64,000 bases of DNA from positions 62,001-126,000 of the forward strand of contig CBFFRQ010000095.1 in assembly GCA_965644315.1 (NCBI GenBank), given 5' to 3'. The DNA comes from Caecitellus pseudoparvulus (lineage: Eukaryota > Protista > Bigyra: Bicosoecida). This document shows positions 1 to 11,147 of this stretch, one piece after another; the first letter of the stretch is position 1, and the number at the start of each line of letters is the position of its first letter. Both the position numbers and the translations under genes were made by a program. Under the pieces are notes generated by a model. The model was not told the DNA's origin. It ran no database searches and saw only the letters and a program-made list of their open reading frames with translations.

Positions 1-232
1 ATTTTCCAGAGTGCGTCTTTCCCACTCCGGCATCATTGCGTAAGGGACGAGAGTAAACCACTCTTCATCACAATTCACATGCAACAAAGCAATCAAGCCA
101 ACACAAAATTGTGTGGACACAAACCAGCAACTCACTCCAACTCACCACCGTTCTTGGTGAGCGATTTCACCACTTTCCATCGTTGCGCGGGGTTGCCGGG
201 GCAGTGGAAGGCGCAGTCTGCCCAACCAGGAC

Positions 233-1324
233 ATGGCTTCAGTTTGGCTGGCACGTTCCCTCACGTGAGTGCCTTTCCTTGACTGCACCCACAACACCGC
301 AGCACCAGGGCGCGAATCTCCTCCATGTTTCCAGCTTGGTGGGCTTGCTGTATGCCGTGTACCGCAGCTTCAAGGTGCTCAAGCAGCCGCCTGGGCCAGG
401 CCACGATGCCGAGACCAATCGCATGCTCATGTTGTGGTGAGTCGGGGCTTCGGCCGGCAGAATGAGGGCCAGCTTTGCAGCCACTGCGCCCTGTCACATC
501 CCCCCACAGGGTGACACTTGCCTTCAACTCCATGTTCGAGCAGTACGGCGAGTTCGCCATCAGCTGGTGCGTGCTGCTGCCGTTCCCGAGCAATTTCCGC
601 ATCGCAACGTGGACACGTTCCCCGCCCTCCTGCAGGGCGCCGTTTTACTATGAGCTCAAGTGCGGCGTTCTAGTGTGGTTGTTGCTTCCACAAAGCAGCG
701 TGAGTGGCTTTACCGCGCCTTAGGCCTGCGCGGCGCTTGCTCTGCCCGGTTGTCACAAGCTCTTGCCTGGCGCCATCACAGGGACCGGGGTGGGCGTTCA
801 ACACGCTGGTGCACCCTCTGGTGCAGCACTTGCGCGTGCGACTGCACCGCGACGTGAAGCCAGTTTTCGCTCGCGTCTCTGCAGATGGTCTGGTGGGGTC
901 GCAGAGCCAGCTGCTGCAGAGCACCATGTCTGGCTTAGGCGTGCAGCAGCTGAAACACGTGGAAGAAGTGCTGGCAGCCCAGGTGCAGGCGCTGATGGCA
1001 GAGCGGGCACGGCGTGCGCAGGGCGGTGCTGTGCCTGGCGCTGCCCTGCTGGCCGAGGCTACTCCGCCGGGGGACGCCCTGCCGCCGCCCAGACCTGCCG
1101 TGCGATCTCGCAGTGCCTCTCTGAGCGAAGCCACGCCTCCTGCCCCAGGAAAGGCTGGGGAGGACACGACTGTGCCTCCACCGCCATTGCCACAACAGGG
1201 GGGCGAGAGCTTTTTCGGAGCTCTGTCCACGGCAGGCAGTCGCCTCGCCTCTGACCTGGGTCTGGCAAGGCCCAGCACCGCTGTGCCGCAGCAAGGCGAG
1301 GCGGAGAGCAAAAAAGACAGGTGA
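233..1324 (+). CDS. TB2/DP1/HVA22 (REEP-like) family membrane protein, 5 exons
   Basis: Frame-consistent exons 233-264, 335-436, 510-566, 636-699, 782-1324 with GT..AG introns. They give MASVWLARSLTLVGLLYAVYRSFKVLK...MLMLWV...ISWAPFYYELKCGVLVWLLLPQSSGPGWAFNTLVHP, matching the family pattern (G.LY..Y.S.K, W.PFYYE.K...WL..P). Low-complexity C-terminal tail. Confidence 0.8.
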
Positions 1325-1409
1325 ATGCACTTGCTGCGTGCGCTTCGCCACTTCTTTCGCTGCCTGCCACTCACTTACACGCTAGCGACCTACTTGCCAC
1401 ACCGTACAA

Positions 1410-3106
1410 ATGACGAGAGCTGCCTTGGGATGGGCAGTGCTCGCTGCCAGCGTTTGGGCAGCGGCCCTAGAGCCAACTCACATCCATGCTACCGGCCTTG
1501 CAAAGCTCAAGATAGACCCCCACACGTTGCTTTTCACAGATGGGGACAGCCAGGTGCGCAACGGCAGGTGCAGTGCACTTTCCCACCACGCCAACGCTTG
1601 GCTACCTCCCTCCCTGCGCAGATCATCCTGCACGGTTTAGCTGTGGATTTCAACTTCCAATTACCAGTCATGTCAGATGCGGACATGGCCACCATGTCCT
1701 CTTGGGGCCTCACCGTGGCACGCTTGGGCTTTCACTGGCACCTGGCTGAGCCTGCGCCTGGCCAGTGGAACGAGACGTACATGTCTGGCGTGCGGAGCCT
1801 GGTGCAGCGCTTTGGGGAGCACGGCATCCGGGTCATCATGGACATGCACCAGGACAACTGGAGTCCGCTGTTCTGCGGCGGGCACGGCTTGCCCGCCTTC
1901 TACTCGACACCGTACCCGGCCGATCCTGCCTTTTGGGATGGCGGGGCCAAAGCATACCCCTTCCCCTTCGGCACGCCGCAGTACAACAACGACAGCAAGT
2001 GCTACGGGGAACACGGACACTACTGCACCATCACCCCTGCTGCCTGCGCTAAGCTGTCCGCTTCCGCCATTGGCTGGGCGAGTTCGTACATGACCGAAGC
2101 ACTGGGAGCAGCATCCCAGCGCCTGTACGATGACGATGGCGGCATCATGCAGCGTTTCGGGGACTTCTGGGAGCGGGCAGCGACACTTTTGCGGGATCTC
2201 CCTGGGCTGCTGGGGTACGAGCTGCTGAATGAGCCGTGGCTGGGGGACGCGTACAGCCGCCCGGAGCTGCTCATTCCGGGCGTTGCCGACGAGGTGAACC
2301 TGGCGCACTTGCACCAGTACCTTACAAACCGCATCCGAGCCGTGGACTCGGAGACTATAATTTTCTTCGAACCTGCAACAGGCGGCAACTTGCTGGATGC
2401 AACGCCCATTGGGTACAACGCCAGCACAGTCCCAGGCGGGTTGGCCCATCGCAACTCCACAGCGCTGTCTTTCCACGTGTACTGCCCCCTGCTCGAGTCG
2501 GACCTGCCGTTCAAGCCTGGCCAGAATGCCAGTAAAACAGCATGGGAAGACTTCGACATTTGCCTCGCCCTCAATGACGCGCAGCTGGACATACGAGCCG
2601 ATGACTCCAAGCGCCTGGAGCTGGCTGGCTTCTGTTCGGAGTTCGGCGCCGTGACAAAGTCCGAACCCGGAGCAGATGTCATCACACACATTGCTGACTT
2701 GCTGGACGCCCACAACTTTGCAGGGTGGACGTACTGGTACTTGACACCCTTCCAAAACGCGACACACGGAGGATGGAACTGGCAAGTGCCGTACGTCGTG
2801 CGCACTTACGCAACAAGCATTGCAGGGGGCTTGTTGCACCAATCCTTCAATGCCACTTCTGGCTCATATATGCTGCAGTACTCCCTCCCGCCCAGCTCCT
2901 CCAGCACGTGCGTGAAGGGAGTCACGCGTATTTTCACAAGTGCTGAGTTCCACTACCCTGCGCAAAGCCTGCGGTGGGCTGCTGAGCCACCTGGCTTGGT
3001 GCACTGCGAGAAGACTGACGCGTACCTTGTCTGCACCAATGAGGCAGCTGCCTGTGGATCCGGGAGCTTCGTGACCATCAAGGTTTGGAGGGCAGGGTCG
3101 GCCTGA
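1410..3106 (+). CDS. Secreted glycoside hydrolase family 5, endoglycoceramidase-like
   Basis: Exon 1410-1553 carries a signal peptide (MTRAALGWAVLAASVWAAA). Intron 1554-1621, exon 1622-3106. Motifs: RVIMDMHQD, GYELLNEP (acid/base Glu), SFHVY, SEFG (nucleophile), WTYW, then a C-terminal beta domain. Confidence 0.85.
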
Positions 3107-3238
3107 GCACCACCACGTACTCGAAATGAGTACCCATTCTCCGCACCCCACGTAGCGATGGCCTGCACGGGCAAGCTGGCGACCCCTTTTCGCAAGAGAC
3201 TGCCAAACCCAACCCCCCTCCTATCATCGGCAGGTCGC

Positions 3239-3252
3239 TGCATTGCAATGCA
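3239..3252. terminator. Palindromic double copy of candidate 3'-end motif (TGCATTGCAATGCA)
   Basis: Perfect 14-bp palindrome giving AATGCA on both strands, between the convergent GH5 and NIPA-A stop codons. Function is inferred. Confidence 0.5.
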
Positions 3253-3296
3253 CTTCCGGCACTCGGCACGCACGTTGACTCACGCACTGTGATGGC

Positions 3297-6200
3297 TCAG
3301 GGTGTCCCGACGGCTGCAGATGGTACCGCTGCGCCCTTCTCCTGTCCGTCACTGTCGCTCTCCTCTGAATCCTCCATGACCATGCCTGGCATGACAGGCG
3401 CCTTGCCGGACATGGCAGTGAAGCGCGGCGAGTTGTCGTCCAGGCCGGACCCGCCGCCCTCCCGTGCACCGGGCGCCAGAGACACCGACCCGGCCCGCCC
3501 CGCGTAGGACCCCGCCGTCATTGCAGCTGTCGCGTGGTCAGCCAGGAACAGCTGGCTTAGGGAAGCCATGCCTCGCGCCACGCTGCCCGCCATGGTGCCA
3601 CGTCGGCCTTTCATGGGCGGGCTCTTGGGCGTTGCCGCCGTTGTTCCGGCCTGGGCGCCCTGTTCCAGGTGCCGCGCCACCTCTGCTTCAGAGTCGAAGC
3701 CAAAGGCCATCACGTCCTCCTCCTCCTCGTCGCTGTCAGGCACCTCGGCCACTGTGTCGGCTGTGAAGGTGCTCTGGATGCCCGCCATGGCTGCCTGCAG
3801 CATGGAGCCTCGGCGGGGACGGCCACGGCTGCCCTGTGCCGAGCGCACGCTGTGCATGCTGTCAAAGTGGGGCAGGGTGCCGGTGGTGTCGGCGGTGCCA
3901 GCTCGCGTGCGACCGGCTGGTGTCGCGGCGGCTTCGCCTGCGCCGCCCTCGTCTCCCCCTGCCACGCTGCTGGCTGAGCGACCCAGCGAAACGCTGAAGG
4001 TGCGGTGGCGCCGCCGTGTCGTTGCAGCTGCGGGGCTTGGTGTCGCGGTTGCTTTCCCTTTGGCCAGGTGTTTGGGGGTATCAGGCGCAGTGGAGCGGGG
4101 ACCCTCGCTGGCTGTCGGCGTTGCGCCCCCTTCGCTCTCGTACTCGAACGACACGACGCCGTCCAGAGTGGCCTTGCGCTCCAGAAGGGACTCCACCCAC
4201 GTATTACGCAGGTAGGACGTCCCTCGGCGGCGCGAATGTGTGGGGGAGGGCACGCCGTCCAGCTGGCGCCGCGAAGCGACGAACTCGGCGAAGCTGCCCG
4301 ATGCGCCAGCACTATCCTGCGTCGCCAGGCTGTGGCCGTGGGGCGTTGTGGACACGGTGGGCACCTCGCCCTCCTTGCGCCCGCTCATGACATCCACCAT
4401 GGTCACTTCGTCGCCCGAGTCCTCGCCGACTGGAGACAGCTCCATGTCAATGACAGGCCGGTCTGCGAAAGCCTCTCGAACAGCCGGGCTGTCTGTGTCT
4501 TGCAGGCCAGAAGGCATGACTGTGGCCGAGGGCGAGGCGGGGGCCGGCTTGCTCGCGCCCTCTTGGTCGGCCTCGTCGCCGTCGCCCTGCTCTCCGCCAC
4601 CACGCATGGTCAGGGCGAGGACGCCGGAAATGGCGATGGTGAGGCCGATGGGGAACATGATGCTGGCCACCAGGTCGTACTGGTCGAACTCCCGGTAGAA
4701 CAGTCCACCAGACAACACGCCGAACACAATGAAGTGCGCTTGGAACACCGGCACGATGTACAGCGCGTCGAACAGCTGCAGGCCTGACGCCAGGAAGTGC
4801 TGCTGGAACACGATGCTGGCCACCAAGCACACCAGATACAAGTACATGAGCGGGTTCGTGAACTGGTTATCCCCCGCAATGGTGGAGGTGAGGCCCTCCC
4901 CAACAGCCTTGGCGAACAGCGTGTTCTGGGCGCCGATGACACCTGCCAGCCCCGCATAGGCGAGGGGGTGCAGGGAGGCGTACCAGTCGTAGCCGGCAGG
5001 CGGCGCGCCGATGATGTCTGCGACGGCGTCCAGGTCCACAAACGTGCCGTCGTCCTCCTCTTCACTGCCGCCGCTGCTCTTGCCTGCCTCAGCCAGGCGG
5101 GCTTCTGCGCCAGGCGTGCCATCGGTGCCAGACTCCAGGTCGCCTGCTGACTCGGTCGTGGACTGGCGGGAGGAGGCCCTGGAGGATTTCGGCGTGCTTT
5201 CGCGGCGCTGCCTCCGACCTGCCGCCTGCAGGGCGCTCACTGCCACCTCGTCCACGTCCTTCATGAAGGCGGTCATGTTGGGCGCGGCATACTTGGGTGC
5301 GCTGCTACGCTTGTTCTCGCGCTTGACTGTTTCGGCAGCAGCTGCAAGGTTGGAGGGGCTCACGAGGAGGGAGCTGCGGGCGGGCTGCCCGGGGGGGGGC
5401 GCAGGTTGGCGAGGGGGGGGTCCGGGTGGCGGCCCAGGGGGAGGCTGCCCCTCTGCGCGTGGCGTGTCAGCTGTGAAGCTGGTCGAGTGCCCCAGGCTCG
5501 CGGCAGAGGAGGGGCGGGACATGCCCTCGGGTGTGGCAGGCCCAGCGCCGCTGTCAATGGGCACAGCTGCCGTGATGATGCGGGGCGTGGCCTCGCTGTC
5601 GCCACCCGTGGAATCCGCCGTGCCGGGCAGGGTGGTGGACGCGGGGGTGCCCACAGAGGACCCCCCGGGAGACGGGGAGGGGCTGCGCACCTGCATGACC
5701 ACCATGGCCTCTGAGTCCTTCCCGCTAGGGCGAGCGCCCGTGTCGTACACCCCCACCTTGGCAGCCTCCTGCATAAGCAGCTCCCCCACCCGCTCGATGT
5801 GTGCCTGCAGCACAGCCTCTGCGCGCAGCTTGCAGACGTAGTAGAAGGTGATGAGCAGGACGACAAAGAGGACGTACACGAGCGTGCGCACGTCGATCCA
5901 CAGGGCGGAGATGTCGTCAATGGTCAGCTGCTGGTCTTCCGTGCCAGCCAGCGCCACTGCCAGCGCCACGCCAGCACACACGGCAATGGTGCCAATGATG
6001 TCCACACGCGTGAGGGGTTCACCCAAGAAGCGGTTGGCTAGGATCAGGTTGGTGACGATGTTCACAGCTCCGATGGGGGCGACGACGGACTGCGAGGGGG
6101 AGTGCCGGGAGCGTGAGTGACTGGACACGATCGAGCGTGGCAAAGGTGCAGTGCATCAGCTGCAACGGCAGCACGCACCTGGGGCGCCAGCGCGAAGGCT

Positions 6201-6715
6201 GCAAAGTTCCCCAGCGCAGCAGCAATGACAAAGGCCATGCCTATCCACCAACGTGCTTGGAACCAGTACGGGCTGCGCTCTTGTGGGGGCTGCGATGGGC
6301 AGAGCGAGGAAGCGTGAAAGAAGAGCACACGCAGGAATTCGGGCAAAGCAGCGAGGTGCCCGGGTCATGGCCTGGCAGACTGGGGCAGGAATCGCCTCGG
6401 CAGCTCTCGACAGTGCGAGGCTTCCGCCGCATCTCGCGTGGGGCGCCTGGACGCCACGAACTTCGTGGGTGGCCGCGGCTTTGCCGCGTGCGGCCAGAGA
6501 CATTGCCCCTGCAGCTGCTGCGCGCTCACCTTTCGCAGCTCGTAGATGAACGACAGCTTCTGCATATTCACTCCGAAGTTCATCGCGATCGCCGAGAAGA
6601 GTGCGATGCAAATGCCCTGCGGGGGCCAGGCAAGGCGAAAGGTGGTGAGTGAGTGACGGCTGGTGTGCCGGCGCAGCACACCTCAACGCACCGCGATGGT
6701 TTGGGAGTTCACCAT
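3297..6715 (-). CDS. NIPA-like (DMT superfamily) Mg2+ transporter, copy A
   Basis: Starts ccaccATG at 6715 (MVNSQTIA) with three 5' introns. Motifs: NFGVNMQK, WWIGM...GNFAAFALAPQSVVAPIGAVNIVTN...FLGE, AQNTLFAK, GLQLFDALYIVPVFQ, GGLFYREF. Long disordered loop and C-terminal tail. Confidence 0.85.
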
Positions 6716-7442
6716 GGTGGGAGAGGCCCGCGAGATGCCTGACTGGCACACACCCCTGCCTTTGCCTGCTGGCGGCGGCGATCAGCCGTAGGACTGCCTC
6801 TCGCGCAGCTGCTTGCTGGCCAGCGCACCCCTTAGCGCACGAAAAGTCCCTGCACAAAGCACACAGTGCAAGGCTGCAAGCCACTCTACGCAGCGACAGC
6901 AATGGCTTTGGGTATTGGTTGGTGTACGATTTTGCCCTTCGCCTGCGAGTTCCTGGCGAACTTGGAGGCGGCTCAGCTCCAATCGTTGCCCAAGCTCCGG
7001 GCTCTCAGAGCGCAGTCAGACTTCCCGCCCGCACACTGAAGAGGATGCTGACATTTAGCACAGGTACCAGAGCACCATGCAATCGAGACCAAGCGCCTGG
7101 TACAGCGGGGGCGCCAGCAAACCAGCAACAGGTGGAATCGCCTGGATGACCTGGACGCAGTGTGTGCAGCATGCGCAAGTTGCGCACATTTCAGGCGGGA
7201 CAAATTCCCAAAAAACCACGCGCCCCCGTTGTGTACTCCCTCCGAGTCTGCTGGAGGGGCGGCCTTCGTGCTTCGCACGCCCGACTGGCCTTCGCCCACT
7301 TCGGTTGAGGCCAGGCCAGGCTCAGCCTGCAAGTCCAGCTGCTCCATCGCCAGCCGCCAGACTCTGAAGCTCGGTCGTGTGTGCAGCACAGGCTGAGTGT
7401 GCTCGTCGCCCGCGTCCCGACTCCCACCGCAAGCCCTGAGAC

Positions 7443-10400
7443 ATGGACGGCCAGACCTTTGCAGTGAGTGCGGGGCTTGTTGCGGAGCAATCCCGCTCGC
7501 TCCCGCCCGGCGGCCTCAGTCGCCTGCATGGACACCTGGCGTTGGTCTTTCACAGGGAATAATCGTGTCGCTGTGTGCAGCATTCCTGGGCAACTTTGGG
7601 GTCAACACGCAGAAGCTCTCATTCATTTACGAGCTGCGGAAGGTGAGCAACTGGGCTGGGCCTGCGCCTCGTTCCCCATCGACTGGCCCACCAGCAAGCT
7701 GGGCTCGACCCAACTGACTGAGGGCGCACCAGTTGAGATGGATACTCCAGCTGCCCCACTGGAGCACGCCTGGCTCCCTTGACAGAGCCTGGCGCGCCGC
7801 GTCACGTCGCATCACACCCAGGCATAGTGCACTGCACCAACACACCTCACGGCAATCGTGCGCCACAGGCCCCTGAAGACCGCGTGCGGTATTTCAAGCA
7901 ACCATGGTGGTGGTTCGGGATGATCTTCGTGGTATCATCAGCCCTGGGAAACTTTGCTGCCCTGGCACTGGCCCCTCAGGTGAGTTGGCGCCGACTGGCG
8001 TTTGCCCAGAATACTCGCCACAACGCCCACAACCCTTGCCCGCCTTCCCAGTCTGTCGTGTCCCCCATCGGCGCTGTGAGCATCGTGTCCAACTTGATCA
8101 TGGCCAACCGCTTCCTTGGCGAGCCTCTGACGCGCATTGACATCGCCGGCGCTCTGTGCATTTGCACGGGCATGGCGCTGGCAGTGGTCTTCAGCGGCAC
8201 GGAAGACCAGCAGCTGACCATCGACGACGTTTCCGCCCTGTGGATCGACGTGCGCACGCTCGTGTACGCAGCGTGTGCGCTTGGTTTCTTCCTGCTGTAC
8301 TACCTCATCAAGACGCTTGCGGAGGCTGTGCTGCAGGCACACATCCAGAAGGTGGGGGAGCTGCTCATGCAGGAGGCTGCCAAGGTGGGCCTGTACGACC
8401 GTGTGCCTGGCGGGGGTGTCCCTGCTGACTCCCTACCCAGCCCCAAGGAGTCCATGCCCACCATCCCCTCCGCCTCCTCCATGTCAGAGGCGGCGCTGCT
8501 GCCCCAAGACACTGCCACGCCGGGAAGCACCACCAGCGTGCAGCCCGTCACGCTCACCTCAGCGACGCAGACGCCCACTGTGGCGGCTCCCGCAGCTGCT
8601 GCCACGCTGGGCGACACAGGAGCCCTGGTCGCCGCAGCCGAGACGGTCAAGCGCGAGAACAAGCGCGCTGACGAGCCTTCCTACGCCGCCCCCAACATGA
8701 CAGCCTTCATGAAGGACGTGGACGAGGTGGCAGCCAGCGCCCTGCAGGCGGCAGGCCGCAGGCAGCGCCGCGAAAGCACGCCAACTGCTGACGATGGCAA
8801 GGCTGGCTCCAAGCCAGGGCAGGCGGCCGTGTCGGGCGCAGGTGCTAGCGGCAAGGCGGGCGGGAGCGGTCAGGACAAGGAGGACGACGGCACGTTCGTG
8901 GACCTGGACGCCGTCGCAGACATCATCGGCGCGCCGCCTGCAGGCTATGACTGGTATGCCTCCCTGCACCCCCTCGCCTATGCGGGGCTGGCGGGTGTCG
9001 TGGGTGCCCAGAACACGCTGTTCGCCAAGGCTGTGGGGGAGGGTCTCACCTCCACCATCACAGGCGACAACCAGTTCACAAACCCTTTACTTTACGTGTA
9101 CTTGATTTGTTTGGTGGCCAGCATCGTGTTCCAGCAGCACTTCCTGGCGTCAGGCCTGCAGCTGTTTGACGCGCTGTACATCGTGCCGGTGTTCAAGGCG
9201 CACTTTATCCTCTTCGGCGTGCTGTCTGGTGGGCTGTTCTACCGCGAGTTCGACCAGTACGACCTGGTGGCCAGCATCATGTTCCCCATCGGCCTCACCA
9301 TCGGCCTCTCCGGCGTCCTCCTGCTGACCCTGCGCAAGGGCGGCTCCTCCAAGCACTCTGCGCCCACGCCAGGGTCCGCGGCTCCTGCAACTGGACCAGC
9401 CGCGGCACCCGCCTCCCCTGCCCTCAGCAGCATCAGCCACGCATCACCTCCCCCGCACATGCCGCATGGCACGACCCTGCCCGTGGGTGTGGATTCCCTC
9501 GCAGCCGCGAACGAGGGGGGGGCACTGCCACACGCCGGGGGCCTGCAGCGCTCAGCGTCGGACATGGCCCCTGCTGGCAGGTCAGTGGACTTGCTGGACC
9601 TTCCGTCGCCTGACCGGCCAGCAGGCCGACAGCTGCCTGGTGGCCGGGGCGAAGTGAGCACCCTACAGGCTTCTCGTCGAGGGCGCACCTTCACTGAGGG
9701 CCTCATCACACTCAGCACCCGCTCAGAAGTGGAGGCAGCCCGAGAAGTGGCGGCAACGAATTTCGCCCAGTTCGTCGCGGCCAAAGCAGTGCAAGGGGGT
9801 GCTGAGGGCGTGCCGTTGACGCGCCGAGGGACGTCTTTCCTGCGCAATACGTGGGTGGAGTCACTCCTGGAACGCAAGGCCACCTTGGACGGCGTCGTGT
9901 CGTTTGCGCTGCCCACGCCTGATGGAGCTGACGAGCCCGGCGGTCCAGGCTTCGTCCCCCCTCAACCTCCTCAGCCAAGGGGTGGAGATGGCCGCCAGGG
10001 CCGCAAGGCCAACCCTCGCTTCAGCATCCAGCTGGCAGGCGGCCGTGGGGACGGCTCAGGCGGTGCTGCTGCCGGGACCGGCCCCGGTGGGCCCACCATG
10101 CAACGCAGCATGTCAGACGGCCAACCAGCGGTGCAGCCGCCACCACTCAGCCGGTCCATGACCGGCGCCCCCCGTTCACGCCGGACCCACCGGCAGTCCA
10201 TGTTGGTGCAGGCTTACCAGGGCCTGCAGGCTCTCCCGTCCACCCTGGCAGGAGGCGGTGAGGGCAGGGCAGGGGGAGATGGTGGGGACAGCGATGAGGA
10301 GGGTGACACGGACGTGATGGCGTTCGGCTTTGACTCCCAGGCGGAGTTGGCGCCCCACATCACCATCCCCGCAGCCGTGCCCCCTGGCACAGAGTGGACA

Positions 10401-10901
10401 GGGCTCAGCCCCTCCCCCTCCCGCACATCCTCCCCCGTGTCAGGTGCCGTGACGCCAGAGGGGGCTGATGGCGAGCCGACGCTGGGCGTGTCGCCCGCTG
10501 CCGCCCGGCGTGCGGGGGCGGCAGTGGTGGTCGATGCCGTGGCTCGTGGCGTCGCATCCATTTCGCAGCTCTTCCTGGCCAACCATGCCGAGGCAGCCAT
10601 GACCTCGGGCACGTACGCCGGGCGAGCCGGGCCGGTGTCCCTGGCAGGGCCGGCCGAAGACACACCGCCAGCCCTCGCCGACGTGCCGGTGAAGCAGCCC
10701 CTTGCGGCGGCCACAGCACCGCCCATCCACGAGGAGGGCAGCGAGGACGGCAGCAGCGAGCACGACCTGGAAGCCGGCACAGAAAGCGATGGTGATGCAA
10801 GCCAAGGGAGCCAAGCACCTGCCTCCTCGCCCCTGGCCCCTGACGAAGGAGCACCAGGCCAACCCGAGGAACAAACACAACCCGAATCGTCGAGTGCGTG
10901 A
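7443..10901 (+). CDS. NIPA-like Mg2+ transporter, copy B (divergently oriented paralogue of copy A)
   Basis: ATG 7443 (MDGQTFA|gtgagt). Exon 2 from 7556 (GIIVSLCAAFLGNFGVNTQK), exon 3 from ~7869, terminal exon from ~8052. Same motifs and same three intron positions as copy A. Confidence 0.85.
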
Positions 10902-11147
10902 GCATGGAAGTGGTACCTTTCTACCGTCAATGCATGTTTGGACAGACTGCGCTTGCATTGCCAAGCAGTGCTCTGCCTCTGTTTCCGCACAGAGAGTTCC
11001 CCATGCGCCACAGCCCCCAATGCAGCCCAACACTCAGTGGGCGCCTGTGCAAAGGGCGTACTTCTGACCATGTACGTCCGCAAGCCGTGCTGCATGTTTG
11101 CTTTGGGCCGTGGCAGGTCTTGCCTGGCTCACCTGTGCGCCAACGGG

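Noticed and set aside
1325-1621. 593-aa ORF start immediately after the HVA22 stop, suggesting a fusion or operon-like coupling
   Set aside because: The real N-terminus is the signal-peptide exon at 1410 spliced to 1622. The upstream frame extension is incidental.
7643-7868. Longer intron with two small hairpins, possible snoRNA host
   Set aside because: No convincing C/D or H/ACA boxes, and no evident similarity to the equivalent intron of copy A.
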